A program made the position numbers and the translations under genes. A model generated the notes under the pieces. That model had not been told where the DNA came from. It searched no databases and was given only the letters and a program-made list of their open reading frames with translations. Below are positions 40,807 through 51,195 of a stretch of 64,000 nucleotides of DNA, in pieces (position 1 is the stretch's first letter; every line of letters starts with the position of its first letter). Source of the stretch: an uncultured Maribacter sp. (lineage in GTDB: Bacteria; Bacteroidota; Bacteroidia; Flavobacteriales; Flavobacteriaceae); assembly GCA_964554895.1 (NCBI GenBank), contig CAZKQM010000002.1:576-64575 (forward strand), read 5' to 3'.

Positions 40807-43248
40807 ATGCGAAAAGGTCTTACTTCATTTTTTACTCATTTTTTTATTACCGTTTTTTTTATCATCGCAGCGCTGGCATATTTTAGTCCGGTGTTATCGG
40901 GTAAAATTCTATATCAAAATGATATAGCCCAATATACGGGCATGGCCAAAGAGCAGAATGATTTCAGAAAAAAAACAGGCGAAGAACCGTACTGGACAAA
41001 TGGAGCATTTGGTGGTATGCCAACGTATCAATTAGGTGCGTATTACCCTCATAATTATGTTAAAAAATTAGATTCTCTCATTCGTTTTTTACCGAGACCA
41101 GCGGACTATTTATTTTTATACTTTATTAGTTTTTATATACTGCTTTGCTGCATGAAAGTAGATTACAGACTGGCCATAGTAGGGGCGCTAGCCTTTGGTT
41201 TTTCTACCTATTTAATTATAATTTTTGGGGCAGGTCATAATGCTAAAGCACATGCTTTAGGCTATTTGCCCATGCTTTTAGGTGGTATCATTTTGGTTTT
41301 TAGAAAGAAATACTTGTGGGGCTTTGTACTTACCGCTCTAGCAATGGCTCTTGAAATTCAAGCCAACCATTATCAAATGACCTATTACTTCATGTTTCTT
41401 GTCTTTTTCTTGGGTATGGTGTATTTGATTGATGCTATTCGAAAGAAATACCTAAAACATGTATTTGTATCTGTAGGTATTTTGTTAGTTGCAGTTGGGC
41501 TAGGTATTGCTGCCAATGCTACAGGTTTAATGGCAACTAAAGAATATGCCGATTGGAGTACACGTGGGCCTTCTGAGTTGACAATCAATGCTGATGGTTC
41601 TGTAAAAGAAAATAGCACGGGCTTAAGTAAAGAATACATTACCCAATGGAGCTATGGTATTGCAGAATCATTAAATCTATTTGCACCTAGACTTTTTGGG
41701 GGTGCTTCAGTAGAAAATTTGGGTTCAGATTCAAAAACGTATGAATATTTAGTTGAAAAAGGTATACCAAAAAATAGAGCCTTAGAATTTAGCTCAGGTT
41801 TGCCATTATATTGGGGTGGTCAACCCAGCACATCAGGACCGGCATACATTGGCGCAATCGTATTTTTTCTCTTCTTTCTTGGGCTTATTCTAGTCAAAAA
41901 GAAAGCGAAATGGTGGCTTTTAGGTGGTACAATTTTGTCGCTAATGATGTCTTGGGGAAGTAATTTCAGTGTTTTTACTGATTTTATGATCGATTATTTT
42001 CCGCTGTATAATAAATTTAGAGCAGTCTCTTCAGCTCAAGTGGTTTTAGAATTGTGTGCACCAATAATGGCAATGCTTGCCTTAGGGGCAATTTTTGATT
42101 CCACTATGGAAAAAGCTAAAAAAATCAATGCTTTAAAATATACCGTAGGAGGTATCTTGGTATTTGGAGTCTTGTTGTTTGTTTTTAAAGATTCTTTTGA
42201 TTTTGAGGCCTATTCAGATGAGAATTTTAGAGAAAGTTTTAATGAATTACCTGATATGCTTAAAGCAGATCGTAAAATAGTCTATAATTCTGACCTCATG
42301 CGTTCCCTCATTTTTGTAATCTTAACTGCATTAGCACTTTGGTTATATTTAAAATTCAAGCTGAATAAAAATTTAGCCATACTTGTAGTTGGTCTGCTCA
42401 TAGTCTTTGATTTAGTTGGGGTTAACCTCAGGTATGTAAACAATGATAATTTTGTATCTAAAAGAAGAATGACACAACCTTTTAGAGAATCAGGGGTTGA
42501 TAAACAGATTAAGTTAGATACAGGTATTTATCGTGTTTTTGATCAATCTGAAGGTTTGCAGGGCGGTGCACGAACAGCATATTTTCATAAATCGATTGGG
42601 GGGTATCATGCCGCAAAACCTGCCGGTATCGAAGATTTATTTGATTTTCATGTGTACCAAGGTAATTTCGAAGTTTTGAACATGCTTAATGTAAAGTATA
42701 TAGTTCAACGCGATAATGAAGGTAGAAGTTATCCTGCACTTAATCCAGATGCGAATGGCAATGCATGGTTCATCAGAACCTTAAAAGAAGTACAAACTGC
42801 AGATGAAGAAATTTTAAAGTTAAAAGAGATAAATGTAAAGAATGAGGCGGTTGTAAACACCTCAAAATTTGAGAACATAAACAGGTTTAATTTTAGGATT
42901 GATTCTACTGATATAATTACTTTAACTGACTACGAACCCAATCATTTATCATATTCAAGTGTGAATAAAAATGCCGGCATTGCTGTCTTTTCAGAAATGT
43001 ATTATCCCAGCGGATGGAATGCCTATATTGACGGTAAAGTTGTAGATCACTTTAAAGTAAACTATGTACTTCGTGCTTTAAGAGTACCTGCTGGAAATCA
43101 TACCATTGATTTTAAGTTTGAACCAGAGGTTGTTAAAACGGGAAGTAGTATTACCCTAGCGAGTTCTATTTTATTAGGATTGATTGTTCTTGGGGGAATT
43201 GGTTTTAGCTTTTGGCGCTCAAGAAAAGTTGAAAAATCAGAGAAATAA
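40807..43248 (+). CDS. YfhO-family polytopic membrane protein (GT-C superfamily)
   Basis: QNDI, YWTNGAFGGMPTY, SIGGYHAAK, FSEMYYPSGWNAYIDG, VNYVLRALRVPAGNHTIDFKF. Confidence 0.85.
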   Translation: MRKGLTSFFTHFFITVFFIIAALAYFSPVLSGKILYQNDIAQYTGMAKEQNDFRKKTGEEPYWTNGAFGGMPTYQLGAYYPHNYVKKLDSLIRFLPRPADYLFLYFISFYILLCCMKVDYRLAIVGALAFGFSTYLIIIFGAGHNAKAHALGYLPMLLGGIILVFRKKYLWGFVLTALAMALEIQANHYQMTYYFMFLVFFLGMVYLIDAIRKKYLKHVFVSVGILLVAVGLGIAANATGLMATKEYADWSTRGPSELTINADGSVKENSTGLSKEYITQWSYGIAESLNLFAPRLFGGASVENLGSDSKTYEYLVEKGIPKNRALEFSSGLPLYWGGQPSTSGPAYIGAIVFFLFFLGLILVKKKAKWWLLGGTILSLMMSWGSNFSVFTDFMIDYFPLYNKFRAVSSAQVVLELCAPIMAMLALGAIFDSTMEKAKKINALKYTVGGILVFGVLLFVFKDSFDFEAYSDENFRESFNELPDMLKADRKIVYNSDLMRSLIFVILTALALWLYLKFKLNKNLAILVVGLLIVFDLVGVNLRYVNNDNFVSKRRMTQPFRESGVDKQIKLDTGIYRVFDQSEGLQGGARTAYFHKSIGGYHAAKPAGIEDLFDFHVYQGNFEVLNMLNVKYIVQRDNEGRSYPALNPDANGNAWFIRTLKEVQTADEEILKLKEINVKNEAVVNTSKFENINRFNFRIDSTDIITLTDYEPNHLSYSSVNKNAGIAVFSEMYYPSGWNAYIDGKVVDHFKVNYVLRALRVPAGNHTIDFKFEPEVVKTGSSITLASSILLGLIVLGGIGFSFWRSRKVEKSEK

Positions 43249-44519
43249 TGCAAAAAGTGTTGGTCATCACATATTATTGGCCACCTGCGGGTGGGCCGGG
43301 TGTTCAGCGCTGGTTAAAATTCGTAAAATATCTTCGAGATTTTGACATAGAACCAATTGTTTACATTCCTGAAAATCCAAATTATCCAATCACTGATGTA
43401 TCCTTAATAAAGGATGTTCCTAAGGGGTTGAAGATATATTCTCTTCCTATAAAAGAACCTTCAAGATGGGTTCAGTTATTTGCATCTGCAAAAAGTAAAA
43501 GAATTAGTTCAGGTATCATAAAAAACAAAAATCAATCTTTCTTAGAGAAGGTTTTACTTTGGGTGCGTGGTAATTTATTTATTCCTGATGCTAGAAAATA
43601 CTGGGTTAAGCCTTCGGTAAAATATTTGACAAAAATTATTGATAATGAGTTAGTTTCAAAGATTATTACAACAGGACCTCCACATAGTGTTCATTTGATT
43701 GGTAAGCAATTAAAGAAAAATAATAATCTTAAATGGATCGCTGATTTTAGAGATCCATGGACAACCATTGGCTATCATGAAAAACTTAAATTAAGTAGTT
43801 TTGCTAGAAAAAAGCATATACAATTAGAATATGAAGTTTTAAATCAGGCTGATGCAATTTTGGTAACAAGTAAGGCGACCAAAAGAGAGTTTAGTTCGCT
43901 TACCAAAACACCTATTCATTGTATTACTAATGGTTTCGACGGAAGGTATTCGAACGAAACAGAATTAGATAAGAAATTTACTATTTCACATATTGGATCA
44001 CTATTATCAGGTCGAAACCCTAGTAATTTATGGACGGTTTTGAAAGAATTAGTGCGAGAAAATGAAGTTTTTAAAGAATTCTTTGAATTGAAATTAGTTG
44101 GAGTAATTAGTAAAGATGTATTTGATAATATCAAAGGGCATGGTTTAGAACCATACATAAAATCTATTGACTATTTATCACATAAAGATGCTGTGCAGCT
44201 GCAACGACAATCACAAGTGCTACTTTTAGTTGAAATCGATTCTGAAGAAACGAAAGAGATAGTACCCGGAAAAATATTTGAATACTTCGCTGCTAAACGA
44301 CCTATTTTGGCTATTGGGCCTGAAGATTGGGAGGTAGCGTCTATGATTTCAGAAACCCAATCAGGTCGAGTTTTCAACTATTCAGAATCTTCAGATTTAA
44401 AAGAAGTCATACTTTCTTGGTTTGCTGAATATCAAAAAGGAACTTTAAACATTGAATCAACCAATATTGATCAATATAGCAGAAAAAAACTTACCCGCAA
44501 ACTTTCAGAAGTTCTCTAA
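43248..44519 (+). CDS. Glycosyltransferase family 4
   Basis: TYYWPPAGGPGVQRW, TGPPHS, WIADFRDPW, PGKIFEY; TAATG coupling to neighbours. Confidence 0.88.
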   Translation: MQKVLVITYYWPPAGGPGVQRWLKFVKYLRDFDIEPIVYIPENPNYPITDVSLIKDVPKGLKIYSLPIKEPSRWVQLFASAKSKRISSGIIKNKNQSFLEKVLLWVRGNLFIPDARKYWVKPSVKYLTKIIDNELVSKIITTGPPHSVHLIGKQLKKNNNLKWIADFRDPWTTIGYHEKLKLSSFARKKHIQLEYEVLNQADAILVTSKATKREFSSLTKTPIHCITNGFDGRYSNETELDKKFTISHIGSLLSGRNPSNLWTVLKELVRENEVFKEFFELKLVGVISKDVFDNIKGHGLEPYIKSIDYLSHKDAVQLQRQSQVLLLVEIDSEETKEIVPGKIFEYFAAKRPILAIGPEDWEVASMISETQSGRVFNYSESSDLKEVILSWFAEYQKGTLNIESTNIDQYSRKKLTRKLSEVL

Positions 44520-45973
44520 TGGGAATAGTACTTAAACAATCATTAAATAATACAATTATAACCTATATTGGATTTGGTATTGGTGCCTTAAATACGCTGT
44601 TTTTATACACCTATTTGCTGTCGGCTGAATTTTACGGTTTGGTTACTGTTATTTTATCAGCTGCAGCTGTTTTAATGCCTATATTGGCTTTTGGTGTACC
44701 CAATACTTTGGTTCGATTTTTTAGTAGTTATACAGCTTCAAAAGAGTTGAACGGCTTTTTAACTTTGATGCTAATTTTACCACTTGGTTTGATTATTCCG
44801 TTAGGGGCGATTAGTTATTTTGCCTACGACACCATTGGCGGTTTTTTATCACAAAAGAACCCGATTGTAAAAGACTACCTGTGGTATGTGTTTCTCATCG
44901 CATTTTCTTTGGCGTATTTTGAAATATTTTATGCCTGGGCAAAAGTTCATTTAAAATCAGTTTTCGGTAATTTCATGAAAGAGGTTTTTGTACGAGCCGG
45001 AACTACGGTTTTATTGATTCTTCTGTATTTTAAGATACTCACAATTGATTCATTTCTTATAGGTTTGGTAATTTTAAGTCTGCTTAGAACGGTGGTTATG
45101 AAGCTTTACGCTTTTAAAATTAGAAGACCAAATTTGGAGTTTAAATTCCCGAAAAACGCAAAAAGTGTTTTAATTTATTCAAGCTTTATTATCCTTGGAG
45201 CCTCCGTAGCCGTTGTGTTACTTGAGATTGACAAGGTAATGATCAATCAATTTTTGAAGATTGAGAATGTCGCTTATTATGGAGTAGCAACCTATATCGC
45301 CATGGTCATCATTGTACCCTCAAGAAGTATGCACCAAATCACCTACCCTTTAACCGCTGAATTAATGAACAACAACAACATGAGGGGTTTGAAAAACCTC
45401 TATCAAAAAAGCTCACTAACTTTATTTATAGCTTCAGGCCTCATATTTATTCTCATCATTACCAATATTCATCAGTTGTATCTACTCATGCCAGCATCAT
45501 ATCGAGGAGGCTTTTATGTTGTTTTTGTTGTTGGGTTAATTAAAATGTATGATTCTGTTTTGGGCAATAACAATTCAATTTTATTTAATTCTAAATATTA
45601 CAAATCAATTTTAGTATTGGGTGTTATTTTGGCTGTATGCACGATAGTTTTTAACCTTTGGCTCATACCCAAATTCGGCATCGAAGGTGCAGCGATTGCA
45701 AGTTTTACGGCATTTTTCATATACAATACCTTAAAACTGATTTACGTAAAAATGAAATTTAATATGCTTCCGTTTACCAAAAGTTCATTAAGTGTTTTGG
45801 GGATTATCATACTTGTTGGTTTTGGTTTTTATGTTTTAAATTTTTCATTTCATCCGTTAATAAATATCATTTTAAAAGCACTCCTAACTGCGGGATTTTA
45901 CATTTTAATTTTACACTATTTCAAAGTCTCGGAAGATTTAAGTGCTTTCTTAAGAAAATTGACAAAAAAGTAG
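44519..45973 (+). CDS. Oligosaccharide flippase (Wzx/MOP family)
   Basis: About 12-14 TM helices; IDKVMI, VAYYGVA, NLWLIPKFGIEGAAIAS. Confidence 0.85.
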   Translation: MGIVLKQSLNNTIITYIGFGIGALNTLFLYTYLLSAEFYGLVTVILSAAAVLMPILAFGVPNTLVRFFSSYTASKELNGFLTLMLILPLGLIIPLGAISYFAYDTIGGFLSQKNPIVKDYLWYVFLIAFSLAYFEIFYAWAKVHLKSVFGNFMKEVFVRAGTTVLLILLYFKILTIDSFLIGLVILSLLRTVVMKLYAFKIRRPNLEFKFPKNAKSVLIYSSFIILGASVAVVLLEIDKVMINQFLKIENVAYYGVATYIAMVIIVPSRSMHQITYPLTAELMNNNNMRGLKNLYQKSSLTLFIASGLIFILIITNIHQLYLLMPASYRGGFYVVFVVGLIKMYDSVLGNNNSILFNSKYYKSILVLGVILAVCTIVFNLWLIPKFGIEGAAIASFTAFFIYNTLKLIYVKMKFNMLPFTKSSLSVLGIIILVGFGFYVLNFSFHPLINIILKALLTAGFYILILHYFKVSEDLSAFLRKLTKK

Positions 45974-46175
45974 TAATTTAAAACTTTGTTAAATTGTTGA
46001 TTTTCAAAAGGTATTCAGTGAATTTCATTATAATTTAGCAGTTGTATTTTTATGAAAAAGGTACTTTAACGAAGAATACGAAACAATGACCGATAATCAT
46101 CGATTTTATTGGGTATTCAAGATATATTTGTTGTATTAAAAAGAATTGCTTGCTAAAGAGAATTACTATTTTTTT

Positions 46176-49100
46176 ATGAAAACCCTCAAATCGCTCAAGT
46201 TTCTTCATTTGTATGCTTTATTCTTGTTTGGCTCAACACTATGGGTTCAAGCAAATGATAGTGCAACAATTTTTAGTGTTGAGAAAAATAAGACTACACA
46301 CGAAAATTTTCAATCAAATACTGGAAATGCAATCGTCACAGGAGAACTTAGGCAATACCATAAGTTAATTTTAACTTGGGATGCAGGGGTAAGCTATTCA
46401 GAATCAGATGTAACTTTTAGAGATAACAGACTTAACGTTACGTTTGAAAGTCCGTCAGGAAAAATTTATGTAGTTCCAGGTTTTTTTGCCGCTGACGGTA
46501 ACGCCAAAGATACGGGTGCAAGTAATGGTACAATGTGGCGATGTCTTTTTAATCCGTTAGAAAAAGGAACTTGGACCTATACTGCTTCTTTTAGAAATGG
46601 AGTTGATATAGCGGTAAGTCAAAATCCGACAGCAGGAACAGCAGTTGCTCCAATTGATGGCGATTCAGGAACTTTTGAAATTAGTGGAACCGACAAAACA
46701 GGAAAAGACTTTAGGAGTAAAGGAAAGTTACAATATGTTGGCGAACACTTTCAAAGATGGTCTAATGGGGAGTACTTCCTAAAGATAGGTTCTAATTCAC
46801 CAGAAAATCTTTTTGAATACAACGATTTTGATAATTACAATTCCGAAGCATTTTCAAGATCTTATGATACTCATTTTGCCGATTGGAACGCCGGAGACCC
46901 TACTTGGAAAGGCGGAAAAGGGAAAGCCTTAATCGGAATAATAAATTATTTAAGTGGAAAAGGTATCAATTCTCAATATTTTGTCATGCATCGAAAAGGG
47001 GATCGCTCATCGGTTTGGGTAAATCCTCCCTCTAGTTATTATTCATATGACGTTTCTAAATTGGGTCAGTTTGGGGTTGTTTTTGATTACATGATGGAAA
47101 AAGGTATGATGGCTCATATTGTTTTGAGTGAAAGTACCAATCAATCTTTTTTTGAAACAGATGTACCTTCTGGTGATCCAATGTTTTCTGATGCTCGAAA
47201 AATATACATGAGAGAGCTTGTTGCTCGCTTTGGGTATTTGAATGCTGTTACCTGGAATGTGGGTGAAGAGAATGGTTGGGATCGCCAAAGTACTTTTGCC
47301 GGTATATCGGGTAGAGCCTTAACCACGCAACAGCAACTTGATTTTGCGGCCTATGTTGATGGCCTTGCTTACTATGATGATGGCATAGTTATTCATAATG
47401 GGCCTTCACATGACGCCTCGATTTTTGACGAACTTCAAGGAGTTAACTCCTATACTGGTATTTCTATGCAAGGTGTTTTTACTGATGGATCTTTTGAAAG
47501 AGCCAAGTTAAATACGCAACAATATAGAAACGAATCTACCATTGCAGGTAAAAAGTGGGTCATTGGATATGATGAAGCTTTTGCCTTTAACTCGGTAGAA
47601 GGTCAAGATCGAGTTTTTAGAGAACGAACCTTATGGCCAGCGTTTACTGCAGGTGCTGCAGGTGTAGAGCATTACGCTACCGGAGGGCTTGATATTTTGC
47701 AGGAAGATATGCGTCTTTACGATGACTTTTTTGAAGATATGAAGCATGCCTATGACTTCTTTCAAGATAATAATCTTCCGTTTCAAGATATGTATAATCA
47801 AGATGGCTTGGTTGAATTTGGTTGGTGTTTTGGTGAAGAATTTGACAATTATGTGGTTTACGCACGAGGTATTGAATTAGGAACAACCACTATTGATTTG
47901 ATTGGGGATTATGAGATTAAATGGTTTAACCCAAGAACAGGAGGAGAGTTAGTTGATGGTAGTATTACCAATTTATCAGTAGGAAATAATCAAAATATAG
48001 GTGTTCCGCCAACTGAAACAGATCTTGATTGGGTTGCTTTAATTCGTAGTACCAATCAAGGTCCGGTAAGCGTTACGGGTGTTGATTTACAGCCAAATTC
48101 TATAAACGTTGGTGTTGGGTTGTCTTTTCCATTGCAAGTAACGGTTGAGCCAGCGAATGCTGACGATAAAGGAGTATCCTATGTGTCTTCAGATCCAAAT
48201 ATAGTTTCTGTAACACCAGATGGTGTGATAACAGCCGTAGTTGTTGGTCAAGCAACCATAACAGTAACTACCAATGATGGTGGATTTACTGATCAAACCA
48301 TTGTTACCGTTGTTAATGAAGCAAGTACTTGCGAAGCCACAGGATTCTTATTGATGGAAAAATACAATGATATTCCAGGAACTCGTATTTATGAATTAAT
48401 CACTGCCCCAAATTATCCTGACAATCCCTCGGAAGTTTTTGAAATAGAGACATGGGAAATTCCGGAACGCGCAGGCGATAATTATGGTGTTCGTTTGAGT
48501 GGCTTTCTCTGTGTTCCTGAAACCGGACTCTACACCTTTTGGATTGCGGGTGATGATAATGTTGAGTTGAATTTGAGCCCAGATGAACAACCAGAAAATG
48601 TACAAACTATAGCCTTTCATGATTCTTTTACAGACTCGCGTGAATGGAATAAATTTACAACACAACGTTCTTTTCAAATACCCTTACAGCAAGGTCAAAT
48701 ACATTACATAGAAGCCTTAATGAAGGAAGGTGGTTTTGGAGACTTCTTAGCTGTTGGTTGGCGAAAACCAAGTGATGGTCAAGGTAATGAACCGGCTGAA
48801 ATAATGCCAGGATCGGTAATGTCAATAGATATTAGTATTGCTGTAAGTGGTGTTTCAATTGAAGAAAATTTAGAAATTGAACAATTTGAAGAAGCGCAAT
48901 TAACCCCTAATGTATTTCCATCCAATGCTGATGATTTATCAGTAAATTGGTCTTCAAGTAATGAATCAATAGTTACAGTTGATGAGAACGGTATTATTAC
49001 AGGATTAAATCCTGGTGAAGCTACAATAACTGTAACAACCAATGACGGTGGTTTTACTGATGAAATTGTAGTTACGGTAATTGAAGTAATTATTGATGTA

Positions 49101-51089
49101 AGCGGAATTATTGTAGATCCCACGGCAGTTGAGCTAAATATTGGAGACGTATTTCAAGCCACAGCAACGGTTGCGCCAAGTAACGCCACAAACGCTGCTT
49201 TTGAATGGGTGTCTTTGAATAGAGATATTGCAACAGTTGATGGCGAAGGAGTAATTACAGCAAAGGCAGATGGCGAAGTAATCATACAAGCAGTAACCGC
49301 AGATGGTGGATTTGTTGGAGAAATTGTTGTTACCGTGACTTCGTTGTCGGTCACGAGTATTGTGGTTCCTGAAACTTCTCTTGAAATTTATGAAAATACG
49401 TCGAGAACATTATCATACCAAATAGAACCTGAAAATGCAACGAATCAAGAAGTGGTATGGTCAAGTGATGATAGTAGTATTGTTTCAGTAACGCCTGAAG
49501 GATTAATAACTGCAAATGCAGTAGGCGAAACCGTTGTCACTGTAACTTCTTTAGATTCTGGAGTATTTGCCAGCATTACTATAACTGTACTACCCGTTTT
49601 TGTTACTGGTATAGAAATTGATCAAAACGCAGTTGAAATTAATGTGGATGAAGCAATAGTCTTAGTGGCTCAAGTCATACCAGCAAATGCAGGAAATCCT
49701 GAAATATTGTGGGCAAGTTCAGACCCCACCATTGCAACGGTTGATGAACAAGGTAATGTTATTGGTGTATCGCCGGGTATAACCACAATTAGTGCAACCT
49801 CTGATGAAGGTGGTTTTGTTGCCACAACTATGGTCACGGTTTTACCAACACTTGTTGTCGGTATTAGTTTAGATCCTTCAACCGTAGATATACCTATTGA
49901 TGAAACAACCCAGTTAATTTCGCAAATAGTACCTTCAAATGCAACGAACACAGCAGTAACTTGGTCTAGTTCTGATCCTAGTATAGTTGCAGTTGATGAT
50001 GAAGGAAATATAGTTGGACTGACTATTGGCACTGCCATTGTGAGTGTTACTTCGGTTGATGGTAATTTTGTAGCAACTACTACCGTAAATGTTTTACCAA
50101 TAAATGTTTCGGGCATTACCTTTGATATAAGCGAGACTACCATTGAAGTTAATCAAGAACAACAAATTTTTGCTCAAATAGAACCTTCAAATGCTAGTGA
50201 CCAATCATTAGTTTGGTCAAGTGATGATCCGAATGTGGTTACAGTTGATTCAGAAGGAAACTTATTAGGTATTGCAATTGGCGTAACAACGATTACAGTA
50301 ACATCAAATGACGGTGGTTTTAGTGCTCAAATTACAGTTACGGTAGTTGAAGAATTTATTGAGGTTGTAGGTTTTTCAATAAGCCCCACAGAAGAAGAAA
50401 TTTTTGTTGGAGCTGAATTACAAATTATTGAAGACATTCAACCGGCAAATGCCTCCAATCAATCAATCATATGGTCGAGTGAAAACCCCGAAATTGCTTC
50501 GGTAAGTTCAAAAGGAACCCTTCTAGGAGTGACCCCAGGTACTGTGGTTATTACCGCAACAACGGTAGATGGTGGTTTTGTTGCCCAAACAGTTATAACG
50601 GTACTTGAACTACCACCTAGTATTTCAGGTCTACTTTTAGAGTATAATAGTGTAAGTGTTGAAGTTGGGCAGTCAATAACCTTAATTCCTACGGTAACGC
50701 CAGCAAATTTTGAAAACCTTAATTTGATATGGTCTTCGGGCGACCCATCAATTTTAACAGTTGATGAAAACGGTAATATTTTGGGTATTTCTGAAGGGAC
50801 AACCACGATAAGGGTAGAAACAGTAGATGGTGCTTTCTTTTCTGAAATAGATGTTAATGTTTTTGAAATTCAGATATTATCGATTTATCCTAATCCTGCT
50901 GAAGATTTTATAGTGGTAACAGGAGTAGATGAATTAATTTTTGTATCCATTTATTCGTCTAGCGGACAGATTTTAAAACGGATAAGAACTGAACTAGGAG
51001 GAACGATTATTGATATATCAAATCTTCCACCAGGAATTTATTTCATTGGTCTAGATCAAGGTAAAAAAATTCCTTTTATAAAAAGATAG
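46176..51089 (+). CDS. T9SS-secreted multidomain protein: DUF5060-like domain, glycoside-hydrolase-like catalytic domain, Big_2, PA14, 8 more Big_2, type A CTD
   Basis: VPGFFAADG, WNVGEEN, IKWFNPRTGG; PA14 (YTFWIAGDD, EALMKEGG); W-S-S-D/N-x-x-I-V-T-V repeats; IYPNPA...LPPGIYFI CTD. ATG 46176; TATATTTG box at 46123-46130. Confidence 0.85.
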   Translation: MKTLKSLKFLHLYALFLFGSTLWVQANDSATIFSVEKNKTTHENFQSNTGNAIVTGELRQYHKLILTWDAGVSYSESDVTFRDNRLNVTFESPSGKIYVVPGFFAADGNAKDTGASNGTMWRCLFNPLEKGTWTYTASFRNGVDIAVSQNPTAGTAVAPIDGDSGTFEISGTDKTGKDFRSKGKLQYVGEHFQRWSNGEYFLKIGSNSPENLFEYNDFDNYNSEAFSRSYDTHFADWNAGDPTWKGGKGKALIGIINYLSGKGINSQYFVMHRKGDRSSVWVNPPSSYYSYDVSKLGQFGVVFDYMMEKGMMAHIVLSESTNQSFFETDVPSGDPMFSDARKIYMRELVARFGYLNAVTWNVGEENGWDRQSTFAGISGRALTTQQQLDFAAYVDGLAYYDDGIVIHNGPSHDASIFDELQGVNSYTGISMQGVFTDGSFERAKLNTQQYRNESTIAGKKWVIGYDEAFAFNSVEGQDRVFRERTLWPAFTAGAAGVEHYATGGLDILQEDMRLYDDFFEDMKHAYDFFQDNNLPFQDMYNQDGLVEFGWCFGEEFDNYVVYARGIELGTTTIDLIGDYEIKWFNPRTGGELVDGSITNLSVGNNQNIGVPPTETDLDWVALIRSTNQGPVSVTGVDLQPNSINVGVGLSFPLQVTVEPANADDKGVSYVSSDPNIVSVTPDGVITAVVVGQATITVTTNDGGFTDQTIVTVVNEASTCEATGFLLMEKYNDIPGTRIYELITAPNYPDNPSEVFEIETWEIPERAGDNYGVRLSGFLCVPETGLYTFWIAGDDNVELNLSPDEQPENVQTIAFHDSFTDSREWNKFTTQRSFQIPLQQGQIHYIEALMKEGGFGDFLAVGWRKPSDGQGNEPAEIMPGSVMSIDISIAVSGVSIEENLEIEQFEEAQLTPNVFPSNADDLSVNWSSSNESIVTVDENGIITGLNPGEATITVTTNDGGFTDEIVVTVIEVIIDVSGIIVDPTAVELNIGDVFQATATVAPSNATNAAFEWVSLNRDIATVDGEGVITAKADGEVIIQAVTADGGFVGEIVVTVTSLSVTSIVVPETSLEIYENTSRTLSYQIEPENATNQEVVWSSDDSSIVSVTPEGLITANAVGETVVTVTSLDSGVFASITITVLPVFVTGIEIDQNAVEINVDEAIVLVAQVIPANAGNPEILWASSDPTIATVDEQGNVIGVSPGITTISATSDEGGFVATTMVTVLPTLVVGISLDPSTVDIPIDETTQLISQIVPSNATNTAVTWSSSDPSIVAVDDEGNIVGLTIGTAIVSVTSVDGNFVATTTVNVLPINVSGITFDISETTIEVNQEQQIFAQIEPSNASDQSLVWSSDDPNVVTVDSEGNLLGIAIGVTTITVTSNDGGFSAQITVTVVEEFIEVVGFSISPTEEEIFVGAELQIIEDIQPANASNQSIIWSSENPEIASVSSKGTLLGVTPGTVVITATTVDGGFVAQTVITVLELPPSISGLLLEYNSVSVEVGQSITLIPTVTPANFENLNLIWSSGDPSILTVDENGNILGISEGTTTIRVETVDGAFFSEIDVNVFEIQILSIYPNPAEDFIVVTGVDELIFVSIYSSSGQILKRIRTELGGTIIDISNLPPGIYFIGLDQGKKIPFIKR

Positions 51090-51195
51090 TACGCCTTCCG
51101 TACGTTTCCTTGCGTAAATTAAGTAGGACCATTTATATGATAACTTTATAATCAACGTTTTGTAATTGTTTAAAACCAAAAACTAAACTACAATA

